Shown here in pieces: positions 15,246 through 16,289 of a DNA stretch of 16,289 bases. The position numbers were made by a program, and so were the translations under genes. Source of the stretch: Armatimonadota bacterium (lineage in GTDB: Bacteria > Vulcanimicrobiota > JACPDS01 > JBDRKI01); NCBI GenBank assembly GCA_043814095.1, contig JBDRKI010000008.1, forward strand, positions 1-16,289, given 5' to 3'. Within the stretch, counting starts at the first letter, position 1; the number at the start of each line of letters is the position of its first letter. The notes below the pieces were generated by a model. It searched no databases. It saw only the letters and a list, made by a program, of their open reading frames with translations, and was not told the origin of the DNA.

Positions 15246-16289
15246 ATGGATATTTTTAAACACATACATAACAGTACAAAGAAAGCAGTTGATAAAGCTT
15301 CTTCCGCGAAGCGGAAAATGTCTTTTGATATTATTGATGATAAGAATTTTGATAAATATATAAACTTAAGTATAGGGACAAAGTTTCTTACCCATCTTAA
15401 AAAGAAAGATCTTACTCTCTGGAAGATCATTGCGAATAACCAGAGAAAATTAAAAGGCCTTAAGGGAAAAGAATCAGCTTATCTTAAAAAGAAAAAAAAT
15501 ACCTTATTCAAAGTATTCAATGAATACCATGCTAAGAACTCAAGCTACGGTACCTATGTCACAACTACAAACTGTTCTAAAATATTAAAATCATCCCTTG
15601 GATATAATTTCTTAAGGATACTCAAGAAAGATTATCCTGTCCTCCATAAAGGATTCATGCAGAAAGGTTATGACGGGATACAGGATAATACCAAAGTATT
15701 CTTCGCGCATCTTTTTAACAGATACTTTAAATCGGGATGTAATAAAATTGAATTAGGACACCAGTCAGAATACATAAAGAAGATGGTATTCTGGGCTAAA
15801 GGTAAGCATATACAAGTTGCTGAAAAGAAAGATACTAAAAAGAAAGTATATGCCAAACCCGTAAATAAGAATATTGATCCGGTCAGGTATGACCCTGATT
15901 ATCTTAAACTGCTTCTATCATCATCTTCAGGATACAATTTCCTTCAAAAACTTAAAGTATCATGTTCTAAGCTCCATAGAGTATATATACAGCAGAATGA
16001 ACCTAAACTTACAAATTTAAAGAAGTTTGATAAAAAAGCTTACAGGTTACTGGCCGGATTATACGGCAGATACCTTAATTCAGGAAAAGTCCCCAAAACA
16101 GCTTACAGAACACCGCAGGAAGAAGAACAAAGAATAGCCTCTTTTGTAAGAAAGAACCTTAAAACACCTGAAGATATAACTAAATGCATAGAAAAGATAG
16201 AGAAGCTTCCTCCGGAAGAAGCTTTTGTTGCTAAAAAAGTGCTTGGCAATATATTCCTTAAAAAATCACTTATGAACAAGAACCCCGAT
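15246..16289 (+). CDS. Lys-rich hypothetical protein with three internal repeats; 3'-truncated by window end
   Basis: Manual translation from ATG 15246 (AGGT upstream) stays open for 348 codons to the window end: MDIFKHIHNSTKKAVDK...LMNKNPD. Absent from the ORF track because it has no stop in the window. Confidence 0.82.
   Translation, partial: MDIFKHIHNSTKKAVDKASSAKRKMSFDIIDDKNFDKYINLSIGTKFLTHLKKKDLTLWKIIANNQRKLKGLKGKESAYLKKKKNTLFKVFNEYHAKNSSYGTYVTTTNCSKILKSSLGYNFLRILKKDYPVLHKGFMQKGYDGIQDNTKVFFAHLFNRYFKSGCNKIELGHQSEYIKKMVFWAKGKHIQVAEKKDTKKKVYAKPVNKNIDPVRYDPDYLKLLLSSSSGYNFLQKLKVSCSKLHRVYIQQNEPKLTNLKKFDKKAYRLLAGLYGRYLNSGKVPKTAYRTPQEEEQRIASFVRKNLKTPEDITKCIEKIEKLPPEEAFVAKKVLGNIFLKKSLMNKNPD

Noticed and set aside
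1540-15856. Numerous short ORFs antisense or out-of-frame to the called genes (e.g. 1675-1941, 1969-2421, 5291-5791, 6997-7422, 13553-13792, 15143-15430, 15668-15856)
   Set aside because: They are shadows of well-supported genes and have no motifs or RBS of their own.
1-16289. CRISPR array, tRNA or rRNA genes
   Set aside because: No regularly spaced direct repeats with spacers and no tRNA- or rRNA-like sequence seen in any intergenic region.

Overview
AT-rich bacterial window with a mostly accessory and housekeeping gene mix. It opens with the 3' end of an IS200/IS605-family tnpB, including its right-end hairpin and omega/reRNA scaffold (1-141), followed by a degraded intergenic stretch. Next come a DUF389 membrane protein, an SDR, three secreted proteins (IPT/TIG, a prodomain-like Ig fold and an HExxH metallopeptidase-like protein), an alkyltransferase-like protein, a type-B carboxylesterase, a DsbD-N-like protein, a membrane protein and a ChaA-type Ca2+/H+ antiporter. 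These are followed by a tspO / pyrimidine-dimer glycosylase / LigD-phosphoesterase operon and a secreted TPR protein. The most notable element is a compact retron at 13201-14248. It has a readable msr-msd ncRNA (10-bp a1/a2 repeats, candidate branching G, two msr stem-loops, a perfect 15-bp msd hairpin), an extra GC-rich hairpin, and a 290-aa RT with no fused effector. Its only co-oriented neighbour is a signal-peptide-bearing phosphodiester glycosidase (NAGPA/DUF2233-like) gene, which I do not recognise as a described retron effector. The window ends in a palindrome-rich regulatory region and a truncated, Lys-rich ORF with three internal repeats. All family calls come from motif recognition by eye; no searches were run.
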